A stretch of DNA of 64,000 bases from an uncultured Bacteroidota bacterium (lineage in GTDB: Bacteria > Bacteroidota > Ignavibacteria > UBA10030 > UBA6906), in contig CAVOYH010000004.1 in assembly GCA_963700635.1 (NCBI GenBank), positions 352,001-416,000 on the forward strand. The letters run 5' to 3'. The position numbers and the translations under genes are program-made. Positions 9,985 to 20,127 of the stretch are shown one piece after another (within the stretch, counting starts at the first letter, position 1; every line of letters begins with the position of its first letter). The notes beneath the pieces are model-generated. The model was not told where the DNA came from and made no database searches. It was given only the letters and a program-made list of their open reading frames with translations.

Positions 9985-11322
9985 ATGCAAAAACGACGCA
10001 TTCTGATCATGGGTGCAGCGGGACGCGATTTCCACAATTTTAACACCGTGTATCGCGGCAACAAGAACTATGATGTGGTGGCCTTTACAGCCACACAGAT
10101 CCCGAATATTGATGGACGGAAGTATCCGGCGAAACTTGCGGGCAGGCTGTATCCGCGTGGAATTCCCATCTTCCCCGAAACTGACCTCGTACGCCTTATC
10201 AGGAAATACCGGGTTGAGGAGGTCGTCTTTGCGTACTCGGACGTCTCCTTTCAGACGGTCATGGAAAAAGCGTCGCTTGTCACGGCATCAGGCGCAGACT
10301 TCACACTGCTCGGTGCTGAACAGACCATGCTCAAATCGGTTGTGCCGGTGGTGGCGGTTGTGGCTGTGCGTACAGGGGCCGGAAAGAGCCAGACCTCACG
10401 GCGCGTCTGCAGCTATCTCCGCAGCCAGGGCAAGCGCGTGGTGGCCGTTCGCCATCCGATGCCGTACGGAGATCTGGTGAAGCAAAAAGTCCAACGTTTC
10501 GCCTCCATCCAAGACCTGAAGGAGCACAAGTGTACCGTCGAGGAGATGGAAGAGTACGAGCCCCACATTGTGGAAGGCACCGTCATCTACGCGGGTGTGG
10601 ACTATGAAGCGATTCTCCGCCAGGCGGAAAAGGAGGCCGATGTTATTGTGTGGGACGGCGGAAACAATGACACACCTTTTTATAAGCCCGACCTGACTAT
10701 CACGGTGGTGGATCCGCATCGTCCGGGACATGAACGGTCATACTACCCCGGCGCAACAAACGTACGGATTGCCGATGTCATCATCATCAACAAGGTGGAC
10801 TCGGCAACGCAGGAAGGGATTGATGCTGTGCTGGAGAGTGTCCGCGAGATGAACCCCCGCGCGACGATCGTGCAGGCTGCATCGCCGATTATCGTGGAAA
10901 ACCCGGCGATCATCAAAGGGAACCGGGTGCTCGTCATCGAGGACGGGCCTACCTTGACGCACGGCGATATGCAGTACGGGGCCGGGACGATCGCGGCGAA
11001 GCAGTTTGGCGCACGTGAAATCATTGATCCCCGCCCGTATGCTGTCGGGAGTATTGCCGATACGTACAAAAAGTATCCCGCAACGGGAAGGTTGCTTCCG
11101 GCAATGGGCTACGGGGCGGCTCAAATGGGGGATCTCGAAATGACCATTCGCCAGGTGCCGTGCGACGCGGTGGTGATAGGCACACCGATCGACCTGCGGC
11201 GGGTGATTACTATTGATAAACCTTCGGTCCGCGTGACCTATTCTCTCGAAGAAAGGACGCAACCCGGATTGCCTGAGCTACTGCAAGGGGTTTTGAAAAG
11301 GAAACGTGCCCGGAAGGCATGA
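9985..11322 (+). CDS. COG2403 / cyclic 2,3-diphosphoglycerate synthetase-like P-loop ligase; probable arginine synthetase (ArcE-type)
   Basis: GAAGRDFHNFN, AFTATQIP, P-loop AVRTGAGKS, RHPMPYG, WDGGNND, EDGPTLTHG and LPAMGY motifs. Adjacent to OTC and carbamate kinase. GAGGAG RBS. Confidence 0.8.
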   Translation: MQKRRILIMGAAGRDFHNFNTVYRGNKNYDVVAFTATQIPNIDGRKYPAKLAGRLYPRGIPIFPETDLVRLIRKYRVEEVVFAYSDVSFQTVMEKASLVTASGADFTLLGAEQTMLKSVVPVVAVVAVRTGAGKSQTSRRVCSYLRSQGKRVVAVRHPMPYGDLVKQKVQRFASIQDLKEHKCTVEEMEEYEPHIVEGTVIYAGVDYEAILRQAEKEADVIVWDGGNNDTPFYKPDLTITVVDPHRPGHERSYYPGATNVRIADVIIINKVDSATQEGIDAVLESVREMNPRATIVQAASPIIVENPAIIKGNRVLVIEDGPTLTHGDMQYGAGTIAAKQFGAREIIDPRPYAVGSIADTYKKYPATGRLLPAMGYGAAQMGDLEMTIRQVPCDAVVIGTPIDLRRVITIDKPSVRVTYSLEERTQPGLPELLQGVLKRKRARKA

Positions 11323-11351
11323 TTGTAGAGATTAGGCAAATTCCGTATATT
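11323..11351 (+). promoter_or_regulatory. sigma70-type promoter, probably leaderless, for guaA and the downstream mqn genes
   Basis: TTGTAG-N17-TATATT, then 5 nt (ccccc), then ATG at 11357. No RBS. Confidence 0.6.
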
Positions 11352-11356
11352 CCCCC

Positions 11357-12910
11357 ATGACCCACCCGGAACTTGTCCTTATCCTGGATTACGGATCCCA
11401 GACTTCGCAGTTGATCGCCCGCCGCGTCCGGGAATTGGGCGTCTATTCAGAGCTCCATCCCTTTAATCTGCCGGTTGAGCGGATCAGGGAGCTTCAACCC
11501 CGGGGGATCATCCTCTCCGGGAGTCCTTACAGCGCCTATGAAAACGGGTCGCCGATCTCTTCCCCCGAGATTTTTGAGCTCGGGATTCCCGTGCTGGGAA
11601 TCTGTTTCGGCCTCCAGCTTCTGGGATATCAACTCGGGGGAGAGGTAGACCGGGCCGCCCGCAGGGAATATGGACAGGCGACGCTGAGGATTGACGATCA
11701 AACCGATCTCTTTGCGGATCTCCCCGAGGAGACACGGCAGGGGATGACGGTCTGGATGAGTCACGGCGACCACCTGACCCGAATGCCCCCCGGGTTTGAA
11801 GCGATCGGCCACACCGACAATGCCCCGATCTGTGCAATCCGGAATCCCGACAAACGAATATTTGGTGTACAGTTCCACCCCGAAGTTGTACACACACCCC
11901 ACGGAAAGCTGGTCCTCCGGAACTTCCTCTATGGAGTCTGTGGTTGTGTTGGTGGGTGGAGCCCGTCATCGTTCATCCAGAGTACAATCGGAGAGCTCCG
12001 TGAACGGGTAGGGAATGGCAAGGTTGTCTGCGCCCTCTCGGGCGGGGTTGATTCCTCGGTTGCCGCGGTCCTCCTCCACAAAGCTATCGGCGATCAGCTG
12101 CACTGTGTGCACATTAACAACGGACTCATGCGGCTTGGTGAATCGGAGAATGTGGTGCGCACATTCCGGGATGCGTACGCCATTCCGCTCGACTTCGTCG
12201 ATGCAACAGACCGGTTTCTGACAAAGCTGCGGGGCGTTACAAATCCGGAGCGCAAGCGGAAGATCATCGGCAAACTCTTTATTGACATCTTTGAAGAAGA
12301 AGCAAAAAAATACGGACGGGTAGATTTTCTTGCGCAGGGGACGCTCTACCCTGATGTGATCGAGTCGACGTCGTTCCGGGGTCCGTCAGTGACAATCAAG
12401 ACCCATCACAATGTCGGCGGACTCCCGAAGCGGATGAAATTGAAACTGATCGAGCCGTTCCGCGAGTTATTCAAAGACGAAGTACGCGCCGTCGGGCTTG
12501 AGTTAGGGTTGCCTGATGATCTGATCTGGCGCCATCCTTTTCCGGGGCCGGGTCTGGCCGTGCGCGTGCTCGGAGGGATTACCGTCGGGCGCCTGGACCT
12601 CCTGCGCCGGGCAGACGCAATCTTTGTGGATGAAATCAAAAAGGCAGGACTCTACCGGGAAATCTGGCAGGGGTTTGTGGTACTTCTGCCCGTAAAATCG
12701 GTGGGTGTCATGGGAGACGGGCGCACCTATGAAAACGCCGTCGCGATCCGTGCGGTGAGCAGTGTGGACGGGATGACCGCAGATTGGTCACGCATCCCTC
12801 ATGAAGTCCTGGCGGCCATATCGTCGCGCATCACCAATGAGATTCGCGGAATAAATCGTGTGGTGTACGATATCAGCTCGAAACCTCCATCAACCATCGA
12901 ATGGGAATAG
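11357..12910 (+). CDS. guaA: GMP synthase (glutamine-hydrolysing)
   Basis: [44 protein letters not shown] and KPPSTIEWE motifs. Confidence 0.98.
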   Translation: MTHPELVLILDYGSQTSQLIARRVRELGVYSELHPFNLPVERIRELQPRGIILSGSPYSAYENGSPISSPEIFELGIPVLGICFGLQLLGYQLGGEVDRAARREYGQATLRIDDQTDLFADLPEETRQGMTVWMSHGDHLTRMPPGFEAIGHTDNAPICAIRNPDKRIFGVQFHPEVVHTPHGKLVLRNFLYGVCGCVGGWSPSSFIQSTIGELRERVGNGKVVCALSGGVDSSVAAVLLHKAIGDQLHCVHINNGLMRLGESENVVRTFRDAYAIPLDFVDATDRFLTKLRGVTNPERKRKIIGKLFIDIFEEEAKKYGRVDFLAQGTLYPDVIESTSFRGPSVTIKTHHNVGGLPKRMKLKLIEPFRELFKDEVRAVGLELGLPDDLIWRHPFPGPGLAVRVLGGITVGRLDLLRRADAIFVDEIKKAGLYREIWQGFVVLLPVKSVGVMGDGRTYENAVAIRAVSSVDGMTADWSRIPHEVLAAISSRITNEIRGINRVVYDISSKPPSTIEWE

Positions 12911-12959
12911 CCTGTGCCCCCCGGGCGCAGACCGCAGACCACTCCAAATCGGACCCACC

Positions 12960-13790
12960 GTGAAAAAGTATTTTTCTTTCGTCAAGATTGAGCACACGCT
13001 CTTTTCCCTGCCGCTGGTGTATGCCGGGGTGTTCCTCGCTTCCCGCGGTGTCTTCCCAGGGTGGAAACCCGTTCTTCTCGTGCTTGCGGCCGCGACAGGC
13101 GCCCGGACCGTCGCTTTTGCACTCAACAGGATTATCGACCGTCGGATCGACGCGCGGAATCCCCGGACGGCATCGCGCGACCTGCCGACCGGGCGGATGA
13201 CGGTTGGAGAAGGAATCGGCGTCCTGTCAGCCGGCCTCGGTCTGTACTTCGGTTCGGCCTATGTGCTGTCGTTCTTCTGTTTCGTGATGTCTCCGATACC
13301 GCTTGTCGTGTTCCTCGTGTATCCGATGATGAAGCGGTTCACGCCGCTTGCCCATTTCGGCGTCGGATTGGGTTTGGCTATGGGACCACTGGGTGGATGG
13401 TTCGCCATTTCGCCCTCCTTCGAGGGACTTCTGACGCCGGCGCTCCTCTCCCTGTACACATTGTTATGGGTTGCCGGTTTTGACATTATCTATTCCACTC
13501 TGGACGAAGCCTTCGATCGAAAAGAATCACTGTTTTCTTTTCCGTCGCGGTTCGGCCGTGAACGCGCCCTCCGGTACTCCGGCTATCTTCACCTGGCGGC
13601 ATTTACCGTGCTCGTGGCCCTGTATTTGCAATCCGTCCTCTCGCTGATGGCACTCCCGCTTCTATTCCTTACGGGATTTCTTCTGTATCTCGAACAGAAA
13701 AAAGCCGACGACGTAGAGCTTGCATTTTTCAAGATCAACACCGTGGCAGGGTTTTCGGTGCTCACGATGATCGTTGTGGGAGTCTGGTGA
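12960..13790 (+). CDS. mqnP: UbiA-family prenyltransferase of the futalosine pathway (MqnP-like)
   Basis: KIEHTLFSLP, NRIIDRRIDARNPRT and GFDIIYSTLD motifs, multiple TM helices, GTG start at 12960, located in the mqn cluster. Confidence 0.85.
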   Translation: MKKYFSFVKIEHTLFSLPLVYAGVFLASRGVFPGWKPVLLVLAAATGARTVAFALNRIIDRRIDARNPRTASRDLPTGRMTVGEGIGVLSAGLGLYFGSAYVLSFFCFVMSPIPLVVFLVYPMMKRFTPLAHFGVGLGLAMGPLGGWFAISPSFEGLLTPALLSLYTLLWVAGFDIIYSTLDEAFDRKESLFSFPSRFGRERALRYSGYLHLAAFTVLVALYLQSVLSLMALPLLFLTGFLLYLEQKKADDVELAFFKINTVAGFSVLTMIVVGVW

Positions 13791-14341
13791 TGAAAATTGT
13801 CGTCGGCATTACAGGGTCCTCCGGTGCGGTCTACGCGCTTGACTTCCTGAAAAAGTGTCCGGCCTCGAAGTACCTTGTTGTCAGCAAATGGGGAAAAGTA
13901 CTTCTGCGGGACGAACTGAAGATGAGCGAAAAAGACCTTGCCCCGTTTGTCGCTCGTTCCTTTTCTGATGACGACCTTACTGCGCCGCCGGCCTCCGGCT
14001 CCAATCAGTTTGACGCGTTTGTTATTCTTCCCGCTTCGACATCGACAATCGGGAAGATAGCCTCAGGCATCGGCGATACCCTCATCACGCGCACCGCTCA
14101 GGTCTGTCTCAAAGAACGGTATCCTCTCGTTATCTGTGTTCGCGAAACGCCACTCTCGACGCTGACTCTGGAGCAGTGTGCCCGCCTCTCCGGATACGGT
14201 GCGACGATTATGCCGATCTCCCCTCCGCTGTACTTTGTCCCGGATTCGGTTGAATCATATGTCGGCGCGTACACGAATAAGGTGCTGGGAGTGCTCGGCG
14301 TCAAAACCGGTCCCGGATGGCGGGAGGAGGAGTTCACGTGA
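13787..14341 (+). CDS. ubiX: Flavin prenyltransferase UbiX
   Basis: VGITGSSG, PASGS, IASGIGDTLITR and RETP motifs. Start overlaps the mqnP stop. Confidence 0.92.
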   Translation: MMKIVVGITGSSGAVYALDFLKKCPASKYLVVSKWGKVLLRDELKMSEKDLAPFVARSFSDDDLTAPPASGSNQFDAFVILPASTSTIGKIASGIGDTLITRTAQVCLKERYPLVICVRETPLSTLTLEQCARLSGYGATIMPISPPLYFVPDSVESYVGAYTNKVLGVLGVKTGPGWREEEFT

Positions 14342-16125
14342 AGCCGGCCGAGTTCAGGACCATCGGCGACTTCGCCCGTTATCTCGAAAGCGTGGGGGAA
14401 CTCCGCCGCGTACAGGAAGAGGTGGATCCCTATCTGGAAATCACCGAAATTGCAAGCCGGGCCATCAAGGAACACCGCCCGGCGCTGCTGTTTGAGCGGG
14501 TCAAAGGATCGCCGTACCCGGTACTCGTGAATGCCATGGCCAGCGATCTGCGGTGTGAGCTCGCCCTGCAAAAACACCCCGAGCAACTCGGAGAGGAACT
14601 CATCACGTTTCTTGGCGATGTGCTTCCGCCCAGGCCCTCCTCAGTGTGGAAGCACCGGCGGCTTGCGCGGAGGTTTCTCTCCGCACCGGTAAAACGTGTC
14701 CGGTCAGGATCGGCCCAGCAGATTGTGGAACCACCAGACCTCGATCAACTTCCCATCCTGACCTGCTGGCCCGAGGACGGTGGCCGGTTTCTGACACTCC
14801 CGCAGGTGATTACGTACGATCCGCTGACCGGCAAACGAAACATGGGCATGTACCGGATGCATGTATTTGACAAGGTCACCACCGGCATGCACTGGCAGAT
14901 TCAAAAAGGGGGCGGGTTCCACTACCACCAGGCGGAAAAAATGGGTCAGGACCTGGAACTTGCAGTGGCCATCGGGACAGACCCTGCATTGCTTATGGCC
15001 ACGATTGCCGCACTTCCGGAGAACATTGACGAAGCGATGTTTGCAGGGTTCCTCAGGGGCAAGCGGACGGAATTTACACGCGGGGTCAGCATCGGCATAG
15101 ATGTCCCTGCCCATGCGGAGTTTGTCCTCGAGGGTATTGTCCATCACGGTGAACGCAGGATGGAAGGTCCGTTCGGCGATCACTTCGGCCACTATTCCCA
15201 TGCGGCGGAGTTTCCGGTGTACCATCTGTCGCGGATCACGAGGAAACGGAACCCTATCTATCCGGCGACGGTGGTCGGCATTCCTCCGATGGAAGATAAG
15301 TATCTGGGCGATGCAACGCAGCTCATCCTCGGCCCTCTTGCCCGCCTGATTCATTCCGAAATCACCGGGATGTGGGCCTACTACGAGGCTGGATTCCACA
15401 ACCTTCTGGTCGTCGCTGTTGATCAGCGGTACGGCAAGGAGGCCATGAAAACTGCGCTGGGACTCATGGGGATGTCGCAGCTGTCGCTCACCAAAACTCT
15501 CGTACTCGTAAGTGAAGGGGTGAATGTACGGAACTTCGACGAAGTGATGAGGGAAGTCCGGGACCACTTCGATCCCCATCATGATTTTGTTCTTATTCCG
15601 AAGGTGCCCCTCGACACACTCGACTTCACCAGCTTCACGATGAATCTCGGCAGCAAGATGATACTGGATGCGACCCGAAAAAGCCGTCCCGCAGGAGAGC
15701 TAACACGTATCCAGCGGCTGCCGAACCAAAAAACAGTGCTGGCGGTGCGGAATGAAGATCCGGCAATTGTTGATGTCCGTTTTGTGCACGAAACACTCCT
15801 GCTCGTGAAAGTTCGCGGGGAAGGAAGACGGGTTGTCGAAAAGCTCATCCAGCACCCGGCGCTCGCCGGCGTGGCGGTGATCGCCGCTGTGAGTGAGGAT
15901 GTGGATCTGCAGGATCGTGAACAGTACATCTGGGGACTCTTTACCCGTTTTGATTGCGAACGGGACGTTCTTTTTACGCACCGGGAACTTATCGGGATCA
16001 GTCCGGTGTACAAAGGTGTTATGGGTATTGATGCCACCTGGAAGCCCGGCTATCCGGGAGTGCTCAAAATGACGGAGGAAGTGCGCAGGCGGGTGGAATC
16101 AAAATGGGAGAGGTTGTGGAAGTGA
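14338..16125 (+). CDS. UbiD-family prFMN decarboxylase (MqnL-like menaquinone decarboxylase)
   Basis: WPEDGGRF, RNMGMYRM, EGPFGDHFGHYS, VVGIPPMED and DTLDF motifs. GTGA overlap with ubiX. Confidence 0.9.
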   Translation: MKPAEFRTIGDFARYLESVGELRRVQEEVDPYLEITEIASRAIKEHRPALLFERVKGSPYPVLVNAMASDLRCELALQKHPEQLGEELITFLGDVLPPRPSSVWKHRRLARRFLSAPVKRVRSGSAQQIVEPPDLDQLPILTCWPEDGGRFLTLPQVITYDPLTGKRNMGMYRMHVFDKVTTGMHWQIQKGGGFHYHQAEKMGQDLELAVAIGTDPALLMATIAALPENIDEAMFAGFLRGKRTEFTRGVSIGIDVPAHAEFVLEGIVHHGERRMEGPFGDHFGHYSHAAEFPVYHLSRITRKRNPIYPATVVGIPPMEDKYLGDATQLILGPLARLIHSEITGMWAYYEAGFHNLLVVAVDQRYGKEAMKTALGLMGMSQLSLTKTLVLVSEGVNVRNFDEVMREVRDHFDPHHDFVLIPKVPLDTLDFTSFTMNLGSKMILDATRKSRPAGELTRIQRLPNQKTVLAVRNEDPAIVDVRFVHETLLLVKVRGEGRRVVEKLIQHPALAGVAVIAAVSEDVDLQDREQYIWGLFTRFDCERDVLFTHRELIGISPVYKGVMGIDATWKPGYPGVLKMTEEVRRRVESKWERLWK

Positions 16126-16204
16126 GGAACACACGAGGGATACAGACGGTAGACGCCCAAAAGGAGGGCTGAACACGTATTGAAGGGCATAGACGACTGC
16201 AGAC

Positions 16205-18058
16205 ATGAACATAACGTTTAGAGATAAATCGCTCAAACCTGTGTGGGCCAAAGTGGAGCGGGGTGAACGGCTGACTCTTGAGGACGGCCTCATCTTATAC
16301 CACACGCAGGACATCATTGCGCTCGGCAAGATGGCACACGCAGTTCAACGGGCTCGCAACGGCGACGCAGTGTATTTTGTTATCAACCAGAAAATTGAAC
16401 ACACGAACGTCTGCGTGCTCTCCTGCAAATTCTGTGATTTTGCAGTGAAGAAGGGCTCAGCCCGGGCCTACGAAATGACCGCACAGGATGTTCTTGACCG
16501 GTTGACACCCGACGTCAAAGAAGTGCATATCACGGGTGGCATGCCGGCTGACTGGCCCTGGGAACGATATCTGGATATTGTCGAGTCGATTCACCGCCAC
16601 CTTCCGGATGCCGATGTGAAGGCCTTTACCGCGGTCGAGATCGATTTCTTCCATAAGAAGTTCAAATTGTCAATTGAAGAAGTCCTCCGCCAGCTTAAGG
16701 CTGCCGGCGTTCGCACTATGCCGGGAGGTGGTGCGGAGGTGTTTTCCGAGCGGGTACGAAAACAGCTCTTCAACCAGAAAATCGGAGCAAAGGGCTGGCT
16801 CGAAGTGCACAAGACCGCACACCGTCTTGGCATCCCGACGAACAGCACCATGCTCTACGGGCACATCGAGACACTCGGAGAGCGGCTCGTGCACATGATC
16901 AAACTCCGGGAAGCACAGGACGAAACCGGTGGTTTCCTGACGTTCATTCCTCTTGCATTCCAGCCGGGTGAAACGGGAATCAAACCGGCAAATCGGTACA
17001 CATCGGCAATTGACGACCTGAAGACCATTGCGATCTCACGGTTGATGCTGGACAACTTCCCCCATATCAAAGCATACTGGGTCATGTTGACGGAGGAAGT
17101 TGCAAGCGTCGCCCTCAACTTTGGCGCGGACGACATGGATGGCACGGTCGGTGGTGAAAAAATTGCCCATGATGCCGGTGCGCTGAGTCCGATGGCACTC
17201 AAAAAAGACCAGATCATCCGTATCATCCGCGATGCCGGCAAGATTCCGGTTGAACGGGATGTCTATTATAATCCACTCCGGATACACACCGACCATGTGA
17301 TAGGCAAAATCCCCTACCTTAATTCCATTGCCTTTCATGCGTACCTCAATCTCCCCGGCTACAAGATCCTTCCGGTAATCCCCCGGAGGATGGGCCTGCT
17401 CAGCGAACAGGGGATGATTGATGGCGGGCTCTTTTCGGTTATGGACTATGTCCGGCAGGCGGATCACCTTGAAATGCTGGGCTACGGGCTCGCATCGCGT
17501 GACCAGGTGAAGAGCGTCATGCTCTTTTCAAAAGAAGGATGGCGTGATCTCGAGGGAAAGCGGATAGGGATCATCGACGATACCGCGACTTCCGTCCGAC
17601 TGTTGAGGGTTCTCCTGGAAAGACGGTACGGCGTTACGGCGCACTTCGAACGCCTGCACACCGGCGTCAATGACCATACCGGTCTGGATGCTGTGCTGCT
17701 TATCGGCGACGAAGCGCTGCGGCATCAGAAGACGGGCCTTGCTGGTTTTGATCTTGTGTACGACCTTGCCCGGGAATGGTACGAATGGCAGAAACTTCCG
17801 TTTGTGTTTGCCGTATGGGCAGTAAAGCGGTCGTTGCCCGCGGAAACAAAGAACCAGCTCCGTGAAGCTTTGACCCTCTCGCTGGAAAAGAGCAGTGAGG
17901 ACTATTGGGCCATCGCCGGTGCACACGGGCGCCGGTTGGGCCTCTCGGAACTGGAGACGGTCGACTATCTCACAGGTTTTAACTATACGCTCGGCGAACG
18001 TGAACGGGAGGCAATCGGGAAGTTTGCGGACATGGTGGAAGAACTGGAAAAAGCCTGA
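16205..18058 (+). CDS. mqnE: Fusion of aminofutalosine synthase MqnE (radical SAM) and chorismate dehydratase MqnA
   Basis: N-terminal ~362 aa: CVLSCKFC, MPGGGAE, TMLYGHIE, HIKAYW and GADDMDGT. C-terminal ~250 aa: GKIPYLNS, VKSV, TATSVRL, LLIGDEAL and DLA.EW...LPFVFAVW (MqnA). Confidence 0.9.
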   Translation: MNITFRDKSLKPVWAKVERGERLTLEDGLILYHTQDIIALGKMAHAVQRARNGDAVYFVINQKIEHTNVCVLSCKFCDFAVKKGSARAYEMTAQDVLDRLTPDVKEVHITGGMPADWPWERYLDIVESIHRHLPDADVKAFTAVEIDFFHKKFKLSIEEVLRQLKAAGVRTMPGGGAEVFSERVRKQLFNQKIGAKGWLEVHKTAHRLGIPTNSTMLYGHIETLGERLVHMIKLREAQDETGGFLTFIPLAFQPGETGIKPANRYTSAIDDLKTIAISRLMLDNFPHIKAYWVMLTEEVASVALNFGADDMDGTVGGEKIAHDAGALSPMALKKDQIIRIIRDAGKIPVERDVYYNPLRIHTDHVIGKIPYLNSIAFHAYLNLPGYKILPVIPRRMGLLSEQGMIDGGLFSVMDYVRQADHLEMLGYGLASRDQVKSVMLFSKEGWRDLEGKRIGIIDDTATSVRLLRVLLERRYGVTAHFERLHTGVNDHTGLDAVLLIGDEALRHQKTGLAGFDLVYDLAREWYEWQKLPFVFAVWAVKRSLPAETKNQLREALTLSLEKSSEDYWAIAGAHGRRLGLSELETVDYLTGFNYTLGEREREAIGKFADMVEELEKA

Positions 18059-18106
18059 GAGAATGTGGCCGATGGACAGGACAAGAACAACGCGCAGAGA
18101 GCGAGA

Positions 18107-19204
18107 ATGAATCTGGAGAGTGTCTACGGCAAGATACGTGCCGGTCATCGGATCACGCAGGAAGAAGGTCTGGCAATTCTGCGGGGAGCGGAGCTTCTGG
18201 ATCTTGCGGAAGTCGGGAACGAGGTTCGTTTTCGTATAAATCCGGATCCTCACGTAACCTTCGTGGTTGATACCAATCCGAACTATACCAATGTGTGTAC
18301 AATTGATTGTATCTTTTGCGCCTTCTACAGGCATCCCGGAGAAGAAGGGGAGTACACACATACCGTCGACCATCTCATTACGAAATTCAAGGAGTCGGCG
18401 GCAAAAGGTGTCACCACTGTGCTGCTGCAAGGCGGGGTGAATCCGGACCTTCCCCTGACGTATTACCTGGAACTCGTGGAACGCACGGTGAAGGAAGTCC
18501 CCGGGATCCATCCACATTTTTTCTCCACCTCCGAGGTGCTGGGTATGGCGGATGTGTCGGGGCTCCCGGTGCCGGAAGTGCTGAAACAGCTCTGGGATGC
18601 AGGCCTCCGGACCCTTCCCGGGGGAGGCGCCGAGATTCTTTCGGACCGTGTAAAGAAGAAGATCAGCAGCCACAAGGGGACCAGCGCCGACTGGCTGAAT
18701 GTCATGCGTGAGGCACACCGGCTGGGATACAAGAGCACCGCGACGATGATGTATGGTCACCTGGAACGGGACGAGGATATTATCGAGCACCTTGAAGTTG
18801 TGCGGGCGTTGCAGGACGAATATCATGGGTTCACGGCATTTGTGCCGTGGAGTTTCAAGCCCGGGAATACTCCCCTTGAAAAAATTATCCCTCATTATGC
18901 CACCCCGACCCGATACCTGCAGATGATTGCCATGTCGCGGCTGTATCTTGATAACGTGCCGCACATACAGGCATCCTGGTTTTCAGAGGGAAAGAAGGCG
19001 GGGCAGATCGCCCTTCATTTTGGCGCGGATGATTTTGGCGGGACGTTGCAGGAGGAAAACGTGCACGCAGCGGCAAACTTCGTGAACACGACAAACACCG
19101 AAGAGTGTATTCAGATGATTCACGATGCGGGCTTTGTCGCGGCGCAGCGGAACACGCTGTATGAAGTGATAAAGCGTTATCCGCCGCCGGCGGAAGCTGC
19201 GTGA
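18107..19204 (+). CDS. mqnC: Cyclic dehypoxanthine futalosine synthase (radical SAM)
   Basis: NYTNVCTIDCIFCAFYR, LLQGG, PGGGAEIL, TATMMYG, FTAFVPW, IQASW and GADDFGGT motifs. Alternative GTG start at 18065. Confidence 0.9.
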   Translation: MNLESVYGKIRAGHRITQEEGLAILRGAELLDLAEVGNEVRFRINPDPHVTFVVDTNPNYTNVCTIDCIFCAFYRHPGEEGEYTHTVDHLITKFKESAAKGVTTVLLQGGVNPDLPLTYYLELVERTVKEVPGIHPHFFSTSEVLGMADVSGLPVPEVLKQLWDAGLRTLPGGGAEILSDRVKKKISSHKGTSADWLNVMREAHRLGYKSTATMMYGHLERDEDIIEHLEVVRALQDEYHGFTAFVPWSFKPGNTPLEKIIPHYATPTRYLQMIAMSRLYLDNVPHIQASWFSEGKKAGQIALHFGADDFGGTLQEENVHAAANFVNTTNTEECIQMIHDAGFVAAQRNTLYEVIKRYPPPAEAA

Positions 19205-19281
19205 GGTGTTTGCGGTAAGGAGTACATCCCTTGTATGATGTGTGGCACCGGCCCGGCGGGGGCTGGTGGCTTCCGATCGAC

Positions 19282-20127
19282 CTACACCAGCTCGATCGCG
19301 GGCACTGTCCCGACGACCCCCTTCTCTGCAGCCCGGGCGAACAGCAACTTCAGCCCGCGAAGGCCTTTTTCCCCCATGTCGATGGTCAGCTCGCTCACAT
19401 ACATCTTAACGAACTTCTCGCCCAGGGTGTAGTCGATCCCCCGTCCCCATTGCATGGCATACGGGATGGACTCATCCTGGTGGGCATAACCGTACGCAAT
19501 ACTCTCCTTCAGGCCGCGTGAGAGACGTTGGGCCAGATCCATCCCCAGATCCTTGCGCACAACATCCAGGCCCAGCGGGAGCGGCAGTCCCCGGCTCTCC
19601 TTCTCCCAGAACTCCCCGAAGTCAAGAATCTTGTTGTATCCGAGTGACTGATACGTGATCTGTCCTTCGTGGATCAGGAGCCCGGCATCCACGTCGCCCG
19701 CATCGACCGCTTGCATGATCGAGTCAAACGGCATGTCAACGTGGCGGATACCTTCGGTGAATGTGCGGAAGAGGAGGGTGGCCGTCGTCAGCGGGCCCGG
19801 TGTTCCCACGAGCTTTCCCCTGAGTTCCTCCAGCGACTTGTACTTCCGCGACACAATCACTGGTCCATACCCCTCGCCCATACTCGCCCCCGTGCGCATG
19901 ATCCAGTACTGGTGCGCCACGGAAGGGAACGCATGGGCCGAAATAGCCGTGACCTCCAGTTCACCCTTCAGTGCGCGGACATTGAGCGACTGGATGTCTT
20001 CGAGTTGATGTTCGATGGTGATGCCTTCCAGTTTCACCTTGCCGCTGGCAAGTCCGTAGAACATAAATGCGTCATCGGGATCCGGGCTATGCCCTACACG
20101 GATCACGCGTTCAGAATGCGTGGTCAT
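19282..20127 (-). CDS. mqnD: 1,4-dihydroxy-6-naphthoate synthase
   Basis: GHSPDPDDAFMF, GYGP, TTA, GLLIHEG, LPLPLG and MYV motifs. Confidence 0.92.
   Translation of the reverse strand: MTTHSERVIRVGHSPDPDDAFMFYGLASGKVKLEGITIEHQLEDIQSLNVRALKGELEVTAISAHAFPSVAHQYWIMRTGASMGEGYGPVIVSRKYKSLEELRGKLVGTPGPLTTATLLFRTFTEGIRHVDMPFDSIMQAVDAGDVDAGLLIHEGQITYQSLGYNKILDFGEFWEKESRGLPLPLGLDVVRKDLGMDLAQRLSRGLKESIAYGYAHQDESIPYAMQWGRGIDYTLGEKFVKMYVSELTIDMGEKGLRGLKLLFARAAEKGVVGTVPAIELV

Noticed and set aside
17528-18964. 478 aa minus-strand ORF
   Set aside because: Antisense shadow of mqnEA/mqnC with no recognisable motifs. Such ORFs are expected in GC-rich coding DNA.
19246-19268. GC hairpin between convergent mqnC and mqnD
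   Set aside because: There is no U-tract on either strand, so it cannot be called a terminator.
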